64,000 bases of DNA, from the NCBI GenBank assembly GCA_050084985.1, contig JBITNC010000001.1, positions 99,200,001 through 99,264,000 on the forward strand, read 5' to 3'. Source of the DNA: Nageia nagi. Taxonomy: Eukaryota > Plantae > Pinophyta. The notes under the pieces were generated by a model. The model had not been told where the DNA came from. It saw nothing but the letters and a program-made list of their open reading frames with translations, and ran no database searches. This document shows, piece by piece, positions 36,711 to 51,680 of the stretch. Each line of letters starts with the position of its first letter. Position 1 is the first letter of the stretch. The position numbers and the translations under genes are program-made.

Positions 36711-39460
36711 ACTAGGAAATGGGATCTCAAGGAAAAATTATTTATATTGAACACAACATTTTTCAAAATTTAAGGAATGTAGATATTAACAAAGAAGAGA
36801 AAGAAATATTTGCAGAATACTATAATACAATAGCCCAAGAGTAGATCCATGGGTAGCATAAATATATAATTTCACAAAGATGATATAAATACTCAACTCT
36901 TCGAACTTTCTACTCTCCAAACAAGGAACTACAATACTATCACAACTATTAAAGTCTTAGAAAATAAGTTAGTAATAGAAGAATAATACATCAAGAAAAT
37001 AGTTCAGTTTTATAAAACTTTATTAAACAATGACCAATATGAATATGAAGAGGCTATGAATACTATACTTGAAAATATTCTTAGAACTCTAACACAAAAA
37101 ATTATAAATGAGCAAGAAAAACTAGTATCTTAGGAGGAAATTAAGAATACAATGTTCAAAATAAACAATGATAAAGCACTAAGGCTAGATGGTTCCCCAA
37201 CTAGATTTTTTCAATGTTATTGGGAAATTGTAGATAAGGATATATGCCTATCAATATCATAATTTATAGGAAAAAATAAATTGTTAAAATATTGGAATAA
37301 AAACTTTTCTCACTTTGTTACTTGAAATCCCACGAGAAAATGAATTTCAAAAATTTGTACCTATTAGTCTTTACAATTTCACATATAAAATTATAACCAA
37401 AATTTTGACCAGTAGCATTGAAATAGTTTTTACATGTTTTGATATCTCAAGAACAAGATTATTTTATACAAGGGAGGAAAATCACATATGGAATCATTAG
37501 AATGCATGAGACCTTGCACTCCATATGATCTAAAAAATAGTCAAGTATGTTGTTGAAATTAGACATATAAAAAGCTTATGACATGGTTAGTTGGAAATTT
37601 CTTGATAAAATTTCAGAAAATTTTGGGTTTGGGGATAGATAGAGACTATGGATAAGAACTTGCATTATCTCTCTTACATTCTTAGTACTAATTAATGGTA
37701 AGTTTCTTATTTTTTCATGCACAATTAGGTTTAAGAGAATGGTACCCAATTTCCCCTTATTCATTATTATAGTTGAGGATTTAGGAAGAGATGTCCAAAA
37801 TATGAAATCTATAAACCATATCAATGGAATCAAACTATATACTAGATTTTATGTACTTACTCATTATCAATTTGTTGATGATACTATTCTTATAGGGAAT
37901 TCCTCTATGAGGGATGCAACACAATTCATAGAAATTCTCTAAGTATATGAAAAATCATCTCATCAAAATGTTAATTTTTGAAAGATGGAGATTTATTTTT
38001 TCAATACTCCTATGGATAGAAAAATGAAAATAACAAAAATATTTAAATATCAATCTAATTAACTTCTATCAATCTACTTGGGAATTACCCTATTTATAGG
38101 GAAGATCAAAACTCTTTTTGGGAAGGCATAATAGATGAGATCAAAGCAAGATTATCAGGGTGAAAGAGGTTGTCTTCATCCATATATGAAAATTTTAGTT
38201 AATAAAATTAACTTTACAAAGTATTCCTATATATAGTTCACTATTTTTTAAAATGACAACTAGTATTTCAAAATTAACAGATAATATTTTTAGGCATTCC
38301 TTGTGGTTATGTACTGTAGAAAATAGTAAATAGCTTTGATATCTTGGGGAAAGATTTATAAACCTAAATTTTTTGGAGGGCTAGGTCTTAGATATATGAA
38401 ATCAATAAGTAGAACCTCAAGAATAAAATTAGCTTGAAACATTTGTAATAACTCAAAAATTAAGTGGGTGAAAAATTGCAAGAACAAATACCTAGAGCAA
38501 GATAACTTGTTTATAAGAACTTTAAATATACCAACAAGGTTAGATTTTTGGAATGAATTGCTTGTACTAAAGAAACTCATCATTCAAAATTTGACATGGA
38601 GAATCAAACATGAGGATAAGTTATTCTTTGGGGAGGATTGTTGGCTTAGTAAATTACCTCTAATAGTGTATCTTGAAATACAACTAGAAGCTATTTGGGA
38701 AATGCAAAGCAAAGGGATTAAAGTTAGAGATTATATGCAAATGATAAATGGATCTCCAAAATGGTTCTTTTTTGAAGCCCCAAATAAGGTAAGAAATAAA
38801 TAATTAAAGCTATTAAAATATAAATTACATGAGATAACCCTTTAAGATCACATAGACTATGAATTTACACAATGAAAAAAATTTGTTATTAGGAAAGTTA
38901 TACATGTATTGACTCCAAACTTGATACATCCTCCCTTGTGGGAAAATGTTTGAGTAAGAGGACTTGTCCAAAAGATATCTTTCTTCCTTTGGAAAATTGT
39001 ACATAACACTATTTTAATCCAAGATTAATTATAGATGAGAATTTTTTAGTTGGTGACTAAATGTGAAATATGCTATGTTACTAAGGAAACTAAGGATCAT
39101 ATTCTTATTCATTCTAATTTTACTATAAGAACATGGGAATAAATTCTTCTAATCTTTAAAGTGAAATGGGAAGAGTCAAATTAAAATACTACCTTAGTGA
39201 TACAATCAAAATTGTTGGGTGATAATTCAAATCTTAATATTTTTTGGTTAATTACCATGGCACATATTTGGAGGATAATTTGGAAGTAATAAAATAATAG
39301 AATATTTTAGAGCATAATAAATCCTATACAAGTTGTTATGAAGAAAATTAAGGTTCATATTAGAAAACCTTATTTGATATAAAAACAACCAAAATATTAT
39401 AAAAGAAAAGAAAATTTTAGAAATAGTAAATGACTTTTCCAATGGAGACACCAACTAAAT
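36710..39460 (+). mobile_element. 5'-truncated L1-clade LINE ORF2 (RT + zf-RVT), degenerate
   Basis: KALRLDG..FFQCYWEIV (~37175), FVPISLYNFTYKIITKIL, KLDI*KAYDMVSW, QFVDDT (~37868), YLG, KPKFFGGLGL, FFGEDCW, KISFFLWK, CEIC..ETKDHIL, WRIIWK..NNRIF. Confidence 0.9.
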
Positions 39461-42400
39461 CTCCTTCCATCATAGATGAGGTAATGACATGTGTTCATAT
39501 TATGAATGTCAAATTTGAACAAAGGTATGATTATGGAGTATGGATTGTTACTAATTACATAAGTGGTGCATATAGACTAGTAATCATTTCTTGTGTTGTT
39601 ACAAGCTAGTGTATAGAAAATTTTAATTACAATATTCATTGGTATTTACAACCATGAATCTTTTTTTATTATAATGCATGCATAACGATCTAAATGGTGG
39701 AATAGGGATTTTCACATTGTATTTATTATTTCATAGAGGCACCTAATCTATTCCACCTCTATGTAATTCATATTTAGTGGTTTAATCTTAAAAGGAACAA
39801 CATTCTTTGTAAAATTCTTGAGGCCAATTATATAGAATGAGTCAATATATTGCTTGATATTGAACCATGATAAGGTAGTTTTGGGTATGATTTATAAAGA
39901 GAATACAAAAATATTCTTTGAATCTTGTTGGGGTCATGATGCTTTCTTATCTAAGAAATTATACATTCTTAGATTGAGGTTTGGGTGAATATTTAAGGAT
40001 TCCAATTACAAATTTATAAAGAGATAATTGCTCATGCAATTGGATTTCCAATGAATTGTAGGAACATAAGGAGATGCTAAAAAATGTAATCCAAACATTG
40101 ATTATTTTATTGTAAAGTATATCATTTTCAAGAAAACCAATGATAGTTACATCATATCTAGTTTATTATAGGTATGGCCTAAAACTATAGAAGCCTTAAT
40201 CAATTTTGTAACTTTGGAAGAAATATACTAGGTCATTAGGGATTTTAACTTTTGATTAGTTAATCATTTTTAGCATAAGGAAAAATATATTTCTATGAAT
40301 ATTATATTTTTCCTATTTAATTCCCATCATCATTATATTATAAAGGAAAGAGTTTCCTAGAACGACCTTCCCCTCCATTAGGTATTTTTTTTTTACTCTA
40401 TACTCACATGCTCTATTTTCTTGTCCTCAAATCCCAATCCTATAAGTGAATCCCAATTTAACTTATAATCTTAATCTTGATGAAATTCACCATTTTTAAG
40501 CCTATAAATATTGCTATGAAGATAACATACACATATTTTATTGGATATACAAAAATACTCTACCCATATGCTTAAAAACTTACATTTAAGCTCCTAAGAA
40601 GGATTTAATCTCCAATCTATGTAATCCACCTACTCAAAATGAGGATCATGATCCTCATACATCTATATTAGTAAGGACTCTACAAGAATATGAATAATTC
40701 CATATACAAAAAACCTAGTTTTATCTTCATTTAGAAATATCAACCAATTCATATAGATAATGATGATCCCATGAATAAAATTTCCCCTACTCAATATCTT
40801 CTTCTGTTGTTTAGAATCTTGATGAAGAAGGCCTATACTAGGTATAGCTCCATCAAATTTGTTATAAGTTTAGATTAAATGTTGAATACTATGTTATCAC
40901 TTTCTATAATTTTTCTATAATTTATTGAAGATTTATTAGTTAAGGAAGAGTCATATGGGGTTATATTATTTTTCTTATTTCTTATATCCTATTGTATACA
41001 TGGTTATATGTTTGGTATGAAAACAAAGACCAAGGAAAAGAATAAATATTTTATCTTTAATACCCTAATTTTGTATTATTATATTGACATTATGTACATG
41101 GTTTAGGGATCATCTTAAAACCCACTATTAATATAAAACTTTACTTGAACTAGAAAAAAGGAATGTAAGAATTAGAACTAGAAAATTAACATAAAATTAT
41201 TTTATTATTGGTTATATATGTATAGAAGATCATTTGAAGGGGCATGTTTGAGATACCTCAATCCAAATAAAGTGAAAATAGAAAAAATAAATGGAGAGGT
41301 CAAAATTTATGCTATATGTGGCTTAACTAGCATAAACAAGTCAAATGCACACACAAACCTTAAATTACACAACTCTATTTTACTTAGTTAGCATTAGTTA
41401 GAAAGTTTGATAAAGATAGGTTCAGATCTTTGAATATTAAGCAAAAAGTTTACAATAATATCAATAAACCTTAAATTTATCTAAATGGGAAGGGATACCT
41501 CTAGACCTAGGCCCTTTGAGGCACCTAGGTGAGCATGAAGTGAGTCTCCTCACTTCAAATGGCATGTGAGCCTCGAAGCCCTCAAATCATTAAGAATAAA
41601 TGAATTGTATATGCATATTCTGCAAATGCTTGATTCTATATGCTTTATGAATAATTCCAATAGTGGATTCAAACTATGATAGCAATCTTTACATATTTTT
41701 TTAGCTGCAATTAATGTATAACACATTAAAACCTTGAAAACTTAAATATTTGAAATGAGAATATCTTTAAAGATTCTTGAATTAATTAGATTCAAGAACA
41801 CCCATGAGATCTAATGAGTATTCATAATGTATTTTTAAGCTACTATGAGATCAAAAAATGAATTCAATGGTTGAAATGCAAGATAATATGATTTTATCAT
41901 AAACAGTACACTACATGCATACAATTTTGTGAAGGATACAAAAGGTAGATATTCCCAAGCTCTCCCATGGTTGTATTTCCTTTAATCCCTACAAAAACCT
42001 TGAATACATCCAATAATAATTCAATTCAACCATATAAACACCATATATAAATGTCACCTCATGAATGTGGAAGTAATTTTTGAGAGATTTGATGGAGATT
42101 TGTGGTGAAAATCTTGAATCCTTCAAACCTTGTCTCAAATCCTAGCAATGATCTTGGAGCAATAATGTGAAAGAAAAACTCATAAGAGTGTAAGCGAAAT
42201 GAATTAGGAGAGGATTTTCTAATTTCACTTTGAGTTATATACCTCTTGAGTCAACTTAAGTTCTTTGGGCTAGATACCCACTTGTTCTCATATTTGTATT
42301 TTAAATCATTTTTTGCTCTAATTTAGAATTTTGAGTAGTTTGAATTTGTATGATAAATATTAAGAATAAATCAAACAATGAGTTATAGCATATCAATATC

Positions 42401-42689
42401 ATAAAAATATATCTTCTCAAAAAGTGCTATTTTTCAATGTCTACATTTTGTCCCTATTAGACTAGGTCTTTTGCACAAAAGACTTTGTTCAAAAAGTGTA
42501 AATACTTGGATGTTAATTAAGAAAATATTAATAATTTGAACATTATAAAATTTAAATATTTGAACAAAATTTGAATAATTTGGAATTTAAATTTTGAACA
42601 TTGAACTTTGAAATAATTTGAACACTTCAAACTAATATGTAAAAAAAATGTGTTCATGATAGAAAAAGATAAAAAATTTGAAATAAATA

Positions 42690-42990
42690 TGAATAGGGAT
42701 TCAATCTAGTATTTGTCAAATTTGTAATCCTAAACAATGTGCTCTTGGAGGTGAAAATTTGAGAAATTCAAAATAACTACGAAGAGAAATTTGAATGTAG
42801 TATTTGTCCAATTCAAATCTTAAACAATATGTTCTTGGTAAATTCAAAACAAATATCGATAATAATTTGAATATACCTCACAACAATTCAAACCTTAAGT
42901 ATTGTGTTTATGGAAAATTCATAATGAATATATGTAGCAATTCAAATGTAATATTCATCAAATTTGAATATTAACCAATGTGTTCATTGA
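42690..42990. repeat. Degenerate ~75-90 bp tandem repeat (about 4 units) within a tttgaa-rich tract
   Basis: Recurring pattern gtatttgtc..att..aat.ctaaacaat.tg.tcttgg / aattcaaa. Confidence 0.65.
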
Positions 42991-44249
42991 GGTAGGACTT
43001 TGAACAACTTATATATTATTTGATGATCGAATACATAAAACCTATGCAAATCATTCGTGATGGAGTAAGTACATAGACTTACTAGCAAGCACGTAGTCTT
43101 GCTAAAAAATTTAGAAATTTGAATAATTTGTATTTTGAAAAAATTGAAATCACATGAAAATTTAATAACTTTGAATAATTTAATAACTTTGGATAATTTT
43201 AAAATTTTTGAAATAAAATGCATTTTTGAAGGTAACATTTTGAATTTTTTACACTTTTTTAAACAAGAATCCAAAAAATAATGAATAATTAAGTGGTTTT
43301 CCCCCTTAAATGATATTGAGTTGATCAAAACAATCAATATAAGATCGATCAAAAAATCAAGAATTTGTATGTGACAATTATGAAAAAATTGCACATGTAA
43401 TATTTTTTTTTATTGTTGCCCCAATATAATTTTGAAATCAAGTACGAGGTGAAAAAATATATTTTGAACAAATTTGTACAAGATTGAGCCAACCAATGGG
43501 TAAAATGTAAAACTTTGACTAAAAAATAGACAAAAGAGGTAAATAAGCAAGAAAATTACCCTTTTCTGCGTCATTTTTCACATGTGCAAGGTGGAATTTT
43601 GGTGGAAAGTGAGTAATCGATAAAGATGGCAATGATTGATGTACCTCTAGCTTAGATAGTTATCATTCAACCATGCTAGCTAGGTCCAAAAATGTAATTA
43701 CCTATTTTTTTATGTAATTTGAATTTTTTAGTGTATTTTAGTTAAAAAAGAGTGTAGAATTATGCATTTTCATGTTTAAAATCCAAACTACCCCAATTTA
43801 GCTATACAAACACACAAACTGAACATTTAGATGATAGAAAATAATCCCTCTAAATGGAATCTTCTGAAATGAACTAAATGAAAATATATTTTAATTCCAA
43901 AAAATTCTTAACAAAAAGGTTTGAGGAGGTATTTTGCTCATTGTGCACAAACAGTGGGTCAAATCTAAAATCCATTTGATACCCACCTAGTTTTCTACCA
44001 TGCATAACCTTTCAATAAAGAAAGATTCTAAAAAAATTGGTTAATTCCATTAAAAATGTGAATTTTTCTCAAAAAATATATGAAACAATGGTTTTTAAAT
44101 TTAAATTTTACAAATATTTATAAATTTGGGCACTAAATCATAAAATGGATAGGAACCCACCTAGATTTTTTACCTTAATTAGGTATCCATGGATTTTGAT
44201 TCATAAAAAATGGAGCATTTTTGGCAATTTTATACAAATTTGGGCCTCC

Positions 44250-44362
44250 TAAACCCTAGGTAGGGTACAAATTTGCACCCTAGGCTAAGTGCACTATGCC
44301 TAAGGTATAAGCCCCTAGGTGCACCACACCTAGGCCTAGGTGCACCTTGCCTAGCCTATAAC
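44250..44362. repeat. Cluster of short palindromic motifs (cctagg / gtgcac)
   Basis: agggtacaaatttgcaccct, cctaggtgcacc twice, cctaggcctagg. Confidence 0.7.
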
Positions 44363-45383
44363 CCATTTTGGGCCTTGTTTTGCTCATTTTGTTTTAAAAT
44401 TGACCTTCAAATTATGTGTTTGAACACTATTGAAGGTTATTGATCAAATTTAATGCTTTATAAACTAGATTGAACCTCTTTTTTCATATTTTCATCAAAT
44501 TTTACAAGTTTGATCATTTTTTTTTCCAAATTTTTGCGAAAAGGCATCAAGTTAGCTAATGTAACTTCAAGAATTTGTTGGTTGGTATCATAAGACATTG
44601 AAAGTTGATTTACCACCAAAAAATATAATTTTTTGCTAATTTGTATGTAATTATAAAAATATGTAATTGCTCATATTGGATGCAAATTTGCTTTTCTTGC
44701 AAGAAGAACTTCTTCAAATACAAAATTTGGCTTTGTTGTTGCACTCTTACTTATTAAATGGCATAAATTTTATCAATTTGTGAGGTAAATGTATCATCCA
44801 AGTTGTTAGCTTAGTTTCCCCTAAGGTAACAATTGGCAGTCCTACTTTTATAAATTTCTAAGTACACCTCATGCACTTTTTTGAAAATTTTCATAACTTT
44901 TACCATGCAACCAAGTGTGTTTAATACAAGTTTAACATTTTTTGATACCATTATGTTAGGCATAAGTTGCCCTAATGTGAAATGGTACATACCTTATTTA
45001 CATGGATCATAATTTATTTTACAGTGCTCTAATATAAAAATATGTATTGGACAATATTGGGACATGACAACACATCATTTATTATAGAGAAAACATCATA
45101 ATGAAGGTAAAAATATTTTGGAATACTTATAAATGCAACTTTGGTTTTTGTTAGATAGAGTAGATGGTACATGGTTTATTTTGTTGGTTTTATAATTAGA
45201 TGGAATAATGTACTTCCTACAACATTTTTGCAAGTTCTATGTGTAACTACAGTAAGAGATGCCACCACCAAAGTGGATGTGATTGCACCTCCCTCATCAT
45301 GCTTAGGGACCTCTATCTATAGACTAGCAATAGTAGAGGAGCAGATAGCATACCTAAAGTGCCAATTGGCATAGAGAGATCAT

Positions 45384-45850
45384 TATTAGAATTTATAATG
45401 TAATATTGTATTATATTTCTCTTTAAATGTAAATTCACTTAATGGTTAAAGTATCTTTAGATACCTTAAAGCATTAAAGGAATAAAAATAGAAAGAGGAA
45501 TAAATTTAGAAATAGGATTAAAATAGAAACATCTTTTATCTTACCCTTGGATTAAAGGGAGGTTAAATGGTGGGTTTCTCTTTATAAATTAAGAGGTACC
45601 CCTCCTCTCATTGTATTGGAATTTTTGTAAAGCTAGGATTAGGGTTTGAAGAGAGAGGAGACATTCTATAAGAGAGTCATTCAGAATAAGATCTTAGTTA
45701 GTGGATATACTTCCAAGGAGGGAGGAACCACTTATATCTTGTGTTATTCATGAGATCGCCTTATGTTATTAAGTTTTTGTATTGATGTTGTATGAACCTC
45801 CATGAGATCTTAGTAGTTTAGACTTTATTCAAAAAGGATTAAATTCATTA
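45384..45850 (+). repeat. Copia 5' LTR (467 bp)
   Basis: Termini TA..TA, decayed from TG..CA; matches the 3' LTR. Confidence 0.95.
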
Positions 45851-47731
45851 AGTGGTATTAGAGTAGTTTATGGAGGCTTCTCATGAATATCTTTGAGGGT
45901 TATTCCTTCACCTGCTACATCTATTTTGCTAAGGTGAAAAGGTTTGAAGGTATAATATTCTATCTCTTCTTCTCAAATTTTCCTTTTATCACTAATTTTT
46001 GTGATGAGCTTATGTTTAGCAAAATTTACTTTTTGTTTATTAACATGTAACTTCAAATGCTATACATTATTATCTACTAATAGTAATTTGTTAGTTGCAA
46101 TGTTTAATAAATTGCTTAATGTGTAGCTAAATTTACAAGTTTTGCAATTTTTTACCATAATGTTGTTACTACATTTTTTTACAATACTAGTTTGTTTGTA
46201 AAAAAACATGCATTATTGCATGCATAAAAAAGGCATACATTATTGCATGCATAAAAAAAAAAGCATGCATTATTGCATGCAAATATCATACATTATTGCA
46301 TTCATACAAGGTAATATATTTAAAAAAAAAACATATACAGATTCAAAAATTAAAAATTCTATTATTACAAATTAACAAGTTTATTTATTAATTACAATAT
46401 TTTTATAAAAAAATCCAAATAAAAAATGTCCAGCCATCCATTCATGCCCTCCTTTGCTTTAGTAGACAATATTGCAAGTTTTTAAAACATTGCATGTTTT
46501 CAACATTCAAGCTTATATATATATATATTAATATATATAAAATATTTACAACTTACTTAATTACTAAATTACTTTATTTATGTGCTATTTTACAAAGTTA
46601 ATTTAAGCACTTAATAACTTTTTTAATCTTGCATGAGTTAATGTAAGCTTGGATTAATGTGGATGAATACATTTATCACATACAAGTATTCATTGTTAGC
46701 ATGAATTATTTTTTTGTCTTAATATTCATATTAATTATGCATGCAAACTTGTGTTTGGGTATTTTTTAAAAGAGAAATATTTTTAAATGTATAATTTAAA
46801 TTTTTTTTCCTAAAGCATAATTATTTTACATGTGCATGGCTAATGGAATTATTTATTTTTAAGTAACAAGGGGGAGAACTTAATGAACCTTTTTTGTATA
46901 GAGATCTATTAGGGATTTTTAACAATACCCATTGGACTCTTAGAGTTCAAATGTTTTTACTTAAATTGATGTTGTTAAAAGAGATCCATTTGGGGTTGTA
47001 ATAAAACCCATTAGAATCTTTATCTCATACCTATAGTAAAAGTGTGGATGAAGTTTATATTTAAAGCATTTTTATTATTTTGCATTTTATACACACAAAG
47101 TATGTAAAACATTGAAAAATGATTTTCTTAAAATGAACACATCCTCATGATTATTATATGACATGACTTGTTTAGGGAGCCATGAGGTGAGGATAAGGTA
47201 TACTAGAGCCTTTTTAATCTGATGACTCAAGTGGTGAAAATTTCATAATTCTCAATTGTACCTAAGTCCTTTGTTAGTCTAAATTTAACTTCATATAGGT
47301 GGATAGGCATGTATGTAGTGATACCATACGTTAATCCATCCATTTAGGGATTATCTTGATAACCTAGGAGGAAAATTTAAAACTTAATCATGATTATTAA
47401 TTTAGTTGATCCAATATACGTCACAACCTTGGAAAATAACTAGTACTTATTCTTATAAGAGTATATTGCTACCCAAGGGGAACTAGTTAAGGATTGGTAG
47501 GACTTGGGCTCCTTGTGGGCATTCACATGAAAGCTTAATTTTTAAATAAGAAAACAAGCCTCAACTCTTTACAATTATCCTTGGTGCTGAAGATGTTGGA
47601 TGTATGGTTATTATTCTTATTATTAGTTCAGCATTTGATTTGTTGATTAGTTCATACATGTATTTGTATGATTTGTTTTCAAAATTCAAGATATATGCTT
47701 ACATTATTTATATCCATATTATTTTGTAGCA

Positions 47732-50700
47732 ATGGAAGACTCTTTTGCACCCAAGCATATCTTAGATGGTTCCAAATTTGGCATTTGGAAACCTAGAATA
47801 AAAGTAGAACTTCAAGCATGAAAACTTTGGATGATTTTTAGTGAAAACCAAGTTGCTCCATCTGGGAGAAGGAACTTGAAGCTTACAACATAAAGAATGA
47901 TTTGGTAACCTATATGATCTTTTATGCAATTTCATATGAGATCTTTCTCATGATATCTTCTTCAAACTTTGCAAAAAAAGCTTAGGATAAACTAAAGAGT
48001 ATTTATCTTAGCACTAAAGCCTCTAAGAGGTTTACCATTATTCAAAAACTACTACAAACTCATCAAGAAGAAAAAGAAAGTGTTGTAATATATTTAAATA
48101 AGGTCATTGATCTTAGGACATAGCTTGTAGGATGTGGTTGTAATTGGATCAATGATGAATTTTTGACTTTCATCATCCTTCAAAGCCTTTTTGCTAAATT
48201 TAGCCATTTTGTGACTATTATTGAAACTAAGATTGATGATGAGAAAGAAGTGGTCTCCTTGGAAAGTCTATATAGTAATCTATTAAAACATGAGGAAACA
48301 CTTAACAATAAAGATTTGCTCACCACTCCCAAGGAATCCTCTATGGCACTAGGACCAATGAAACCTCACTTCAAAAAGAAGGGTCATAATCAAAAGAATA
48401 GTTCTCATGCTCCTAAGAAGAACTTCAAGAATGGTGGAAACAAAAAAGATTATGGTTAAGATAAGTCTAAGAGAAACAAAGATAAATTTGATGGAAATTA
48501 TAATTTTTGTAACATTTATGGTCATATGGAAGCTGATTACCATAAGAAAAAGAAAAAGCAAGATAGAGATTGTAATTTTTGTGGCATCTATGGCCATAAA
48601 AAATTTGATTACTTTAAGAAAAAGAAAGGTCAATATGGAAAAAGATATAGAAAATCAAATAATTCTAATAATAAGAAGAAGAACAAACATTCTAGTTATT
48701 TTATCACTTTTTACTCTAAGTCTTGCACTTTTTCCCATGATTAGATTATTGATTCTAGATGCACTAATCACATGTGTTTTGAAAAAGATAAGTTTGAAAA
48801 CTTTCATAAGTATAGAAAAGATGCAGTTTGTGATAGGTGATAGTTTAGTCCTTGAAGTTCAAGATATTGGAAGTGTGTGGTTGCAAGAAAGAATTCTTGA
48901 GAATATGCTTTATGTACCTAAACTCACTATGAATCTTCTTTCCATAGTTTAGGTTGCAAAGAAAGGTTACTCTTTTGAGTTTACCTCACACTCTTGGTGC
49001 ATGAAACAAGGGTCTTGCTACTTTGATGAAAGGATTAGTGAAAGATTATCTTTACATTATGGATCAATCTCTAACAAATATGTGCCTTGTAACTAATGTT
49101 TGGTTTAGAGGAAATATTCAACATCATAATTTAGGCCACCTTAACCATAAGAATATTTAAATTATGAAAGATTATGAACTTGTGTAAGATTTGCCTACAA
49201 TATCACATATAATTGGTCTTTGTGAGAAATGCATTCTAGGTAAAATGAATTGGCAAAAATTTTCTAAGAATATGGCAACTAGAGAAACTCAACTTCTTTA
49301 GGTTGTGCATTTAGATTTGATGGGTCCATTTACAATTAAGTATTTAGAGAGAGCATCCTATGTTTTGACCTTTATTATAACTTTAGTAAGATGACATTTG
49401 GTTATGTTTTAGAACATAAGGATCAAACCTTTAATAAGTTCAAAGATTTCAAAGCCTTGGTAGAAAATTAGTCTGATTCAAAATTAAGATGTTAAGATTT
49501 GATAATGGGGGTGAGTATAATAGTAATGAATTCAATGATTATTATACCAATTATGGAATCAAGAGGTAATTTACAATCTCTTATACTCTTCATCAAAATG
49601 GTGTAGCTAAAGGAAGAATAGAACCATTCAAAAAATAGCTAGATGTATGTTGGGTGATCTTCCTAGCTTCTTATGAGGTGAAACTATAAATAATATAATC
49701 TACATCTTAAATAGATGTTCTACAAAATAAATTTAAGGAAAAACTCCATATGAGGCATGGAAAGGAAAGAAACCTAACATCTCTCACTTTAGGGTCTTTG
49801 GTTGTGATGCTTATGCTTTTGTTGTTCTTGAGAAAAAGAAGATGGATAAGAGATCAAAAAAGTGTATCTTTGTTAGTTATAATAATCAACATAGAGGCTA
49901 CATGTTGTATCAACCTTCAGCTAGAGTAGTTTTTATCTTAAGGGATGTTAAGTTAAATGAACTTCCTAAAGAATTTGCTTCTTGTGAAAACCTAGATAAG
50001 AATGATGATTCTTCTACTGCACCTATTTGAATGGATGTTAGTATAGATTTATCACCTAAAGAATAAAACTCCCCAACACAAAGGATAACAATGAGTATAA
50101 CACTTAATAAATCCTTATTTACAAAAATTGATAGTAAGAATGAGCCCTCATCATTAAAAGAAGCTTCCAAGTAGGAATGTTAGATGAATGCCATGAAAGT
50201 GGAGTATGAGGCTCTAATGAAGAATCAATCTTGGGATTTGGTTCTTATCCTAATGAACATAATGTGATTGGTAATAAATGGGTTTATAAGGTCAAATATA
50301 ATTTAGTTGGAGAAATTAAGATGTACAAAGCAAGATTAGTAACCAAGGGTTTTATTTCAAAAATATGGAATTGATTATGAGGAAACCTTTGCTCCAATGG
50401 CAAAGATGTGTACTATCAAGGTAATTCTTACTCTTTCAACAAATCAAGGATCAAAAATTTTTCAACTTGATGTGAAGAGTGCTTTTCTCAATTGTGACTT
50501 AGATGTGGAAATCTACATGAATCAACAAAAAAAATTTGTTGTGAAAGGTAAAGAATCTTTTATTTGTAAGTTAAAGAAGTCTTTGTATAGACTTAAGTAA
50601 GCACCTAGGGTCGGGTACCATAAGATTTCAAGATTCTTTGAGGACATTGGTTTTTTTAAATACTTTTTTGATATAGATCTTTATGTGTTCAACCAAGGAT

Positions 50701-51680
50701 AAGATTTAATCTTGATTATTCTTTATATTGATGATATATTGATTACAAGGAACAATATAGTTCTCATCTAAGAGTGCATCTACAAACTTAAGGCAACCTT
50801 CAAAATGATAGACCTTGGTCTATTGCACTACTACATTAGTATGTAAGTGTACCAATATCAAGATTGTACTTACCTCAATCAATCTAAGTATATCTCAAAT
50901 ATTTACATTTTGGAATGGAAGAGTGCAAGCATGTTGCAAACCCTATCTCTCTTAAAATCACTATGTCTCTTAGTTCCAACTCTTAGTTGGTAGATACTAT
51001 AGCTTATAGGAAACCTATTGGTAGTATTCTTTACTTGACTATCTCTAGGCCAGATATTACCTTTTATATGAATTTGATGGCTTGCTTTATGCAAAAGTCA
51101 TATGTTGAGTACTTCAATGTTGTTAAGCAAATTTTGAGATATGTTGCAAGCACTAAGAATCTTGCTCTCAAATATGACAAGTTACCTTTATTTGTTCTCT
51201 TAGGTTTTTTAGATTCTGATTATGGAAGAGATAGAAATGATAGAAAATTAACCTTTTCTTATGTCTTTAGTATTGGTTCAGGTGCTATCTCTTGAGCTTC
51301 TAAGAAGCAACCTATTACTACACTCTCTACCATAGAGGCTGAATACCATGCAATGTCACTTGCAGCCCAAGAAGCCATCTAGTTGAGGCATCTTATAAAA
51401 ATAGTTAGGTATGAGCAAGTTATTCCATCTCAAATTTCTTCAAAAAATCAATTAGCTATTGCTTTAGCAAAGAATCCTATTTTCTATTAGAGAACAAAGC
51501 ACATAGAAATCCAAGCTCACTTCATCAGAGAGAAGGTTTTGGATGGTCATCTACACTTGTTGTATTATCCATTAGTCCTAAGCTCTTTTGATCTATTCAC
51601 CAAGCCCCTTCCTAAATCTCAATTTTGTAAGCTTAAGGAGTTTATTAGATTGATGAATTTTCCCTTAAAAGGGAAGTTAA
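47732..51680 (+). pseudogene. Copia gag-pol (Gag, two Zn knuckles, PR, INT, RT, RH)
   Basis: MEDSFAPKHILDGSKFGIWK; knuckles FCNIYGH and CNFCGIYGH; protease IIDSRCTNHMC; LGHLN..CEKCILGK; VHLDLMGP; DNGGEY; QLDVKSAFL; YIDDILITG; SRPDI; SKKQ..LSTIEAEY; RTKHIEI..HFIRE; DLFTKPL. Confidence 0.95.

Noticed and set aside
39460-40870. Possible continuation of the Tat integrase (SGAYRL at ~39562) or a LINE ORF1 relic
   Set aside because: There is only one short motif and the sequence is too degenerate to assign.
48407-48952. Longest ORF in the track (181 aa) as an independent gene
   Set aside because: It is mostly an off-frame reading of copia gag/protease; only its 3' end rejoins the pol frame after a frameshift.
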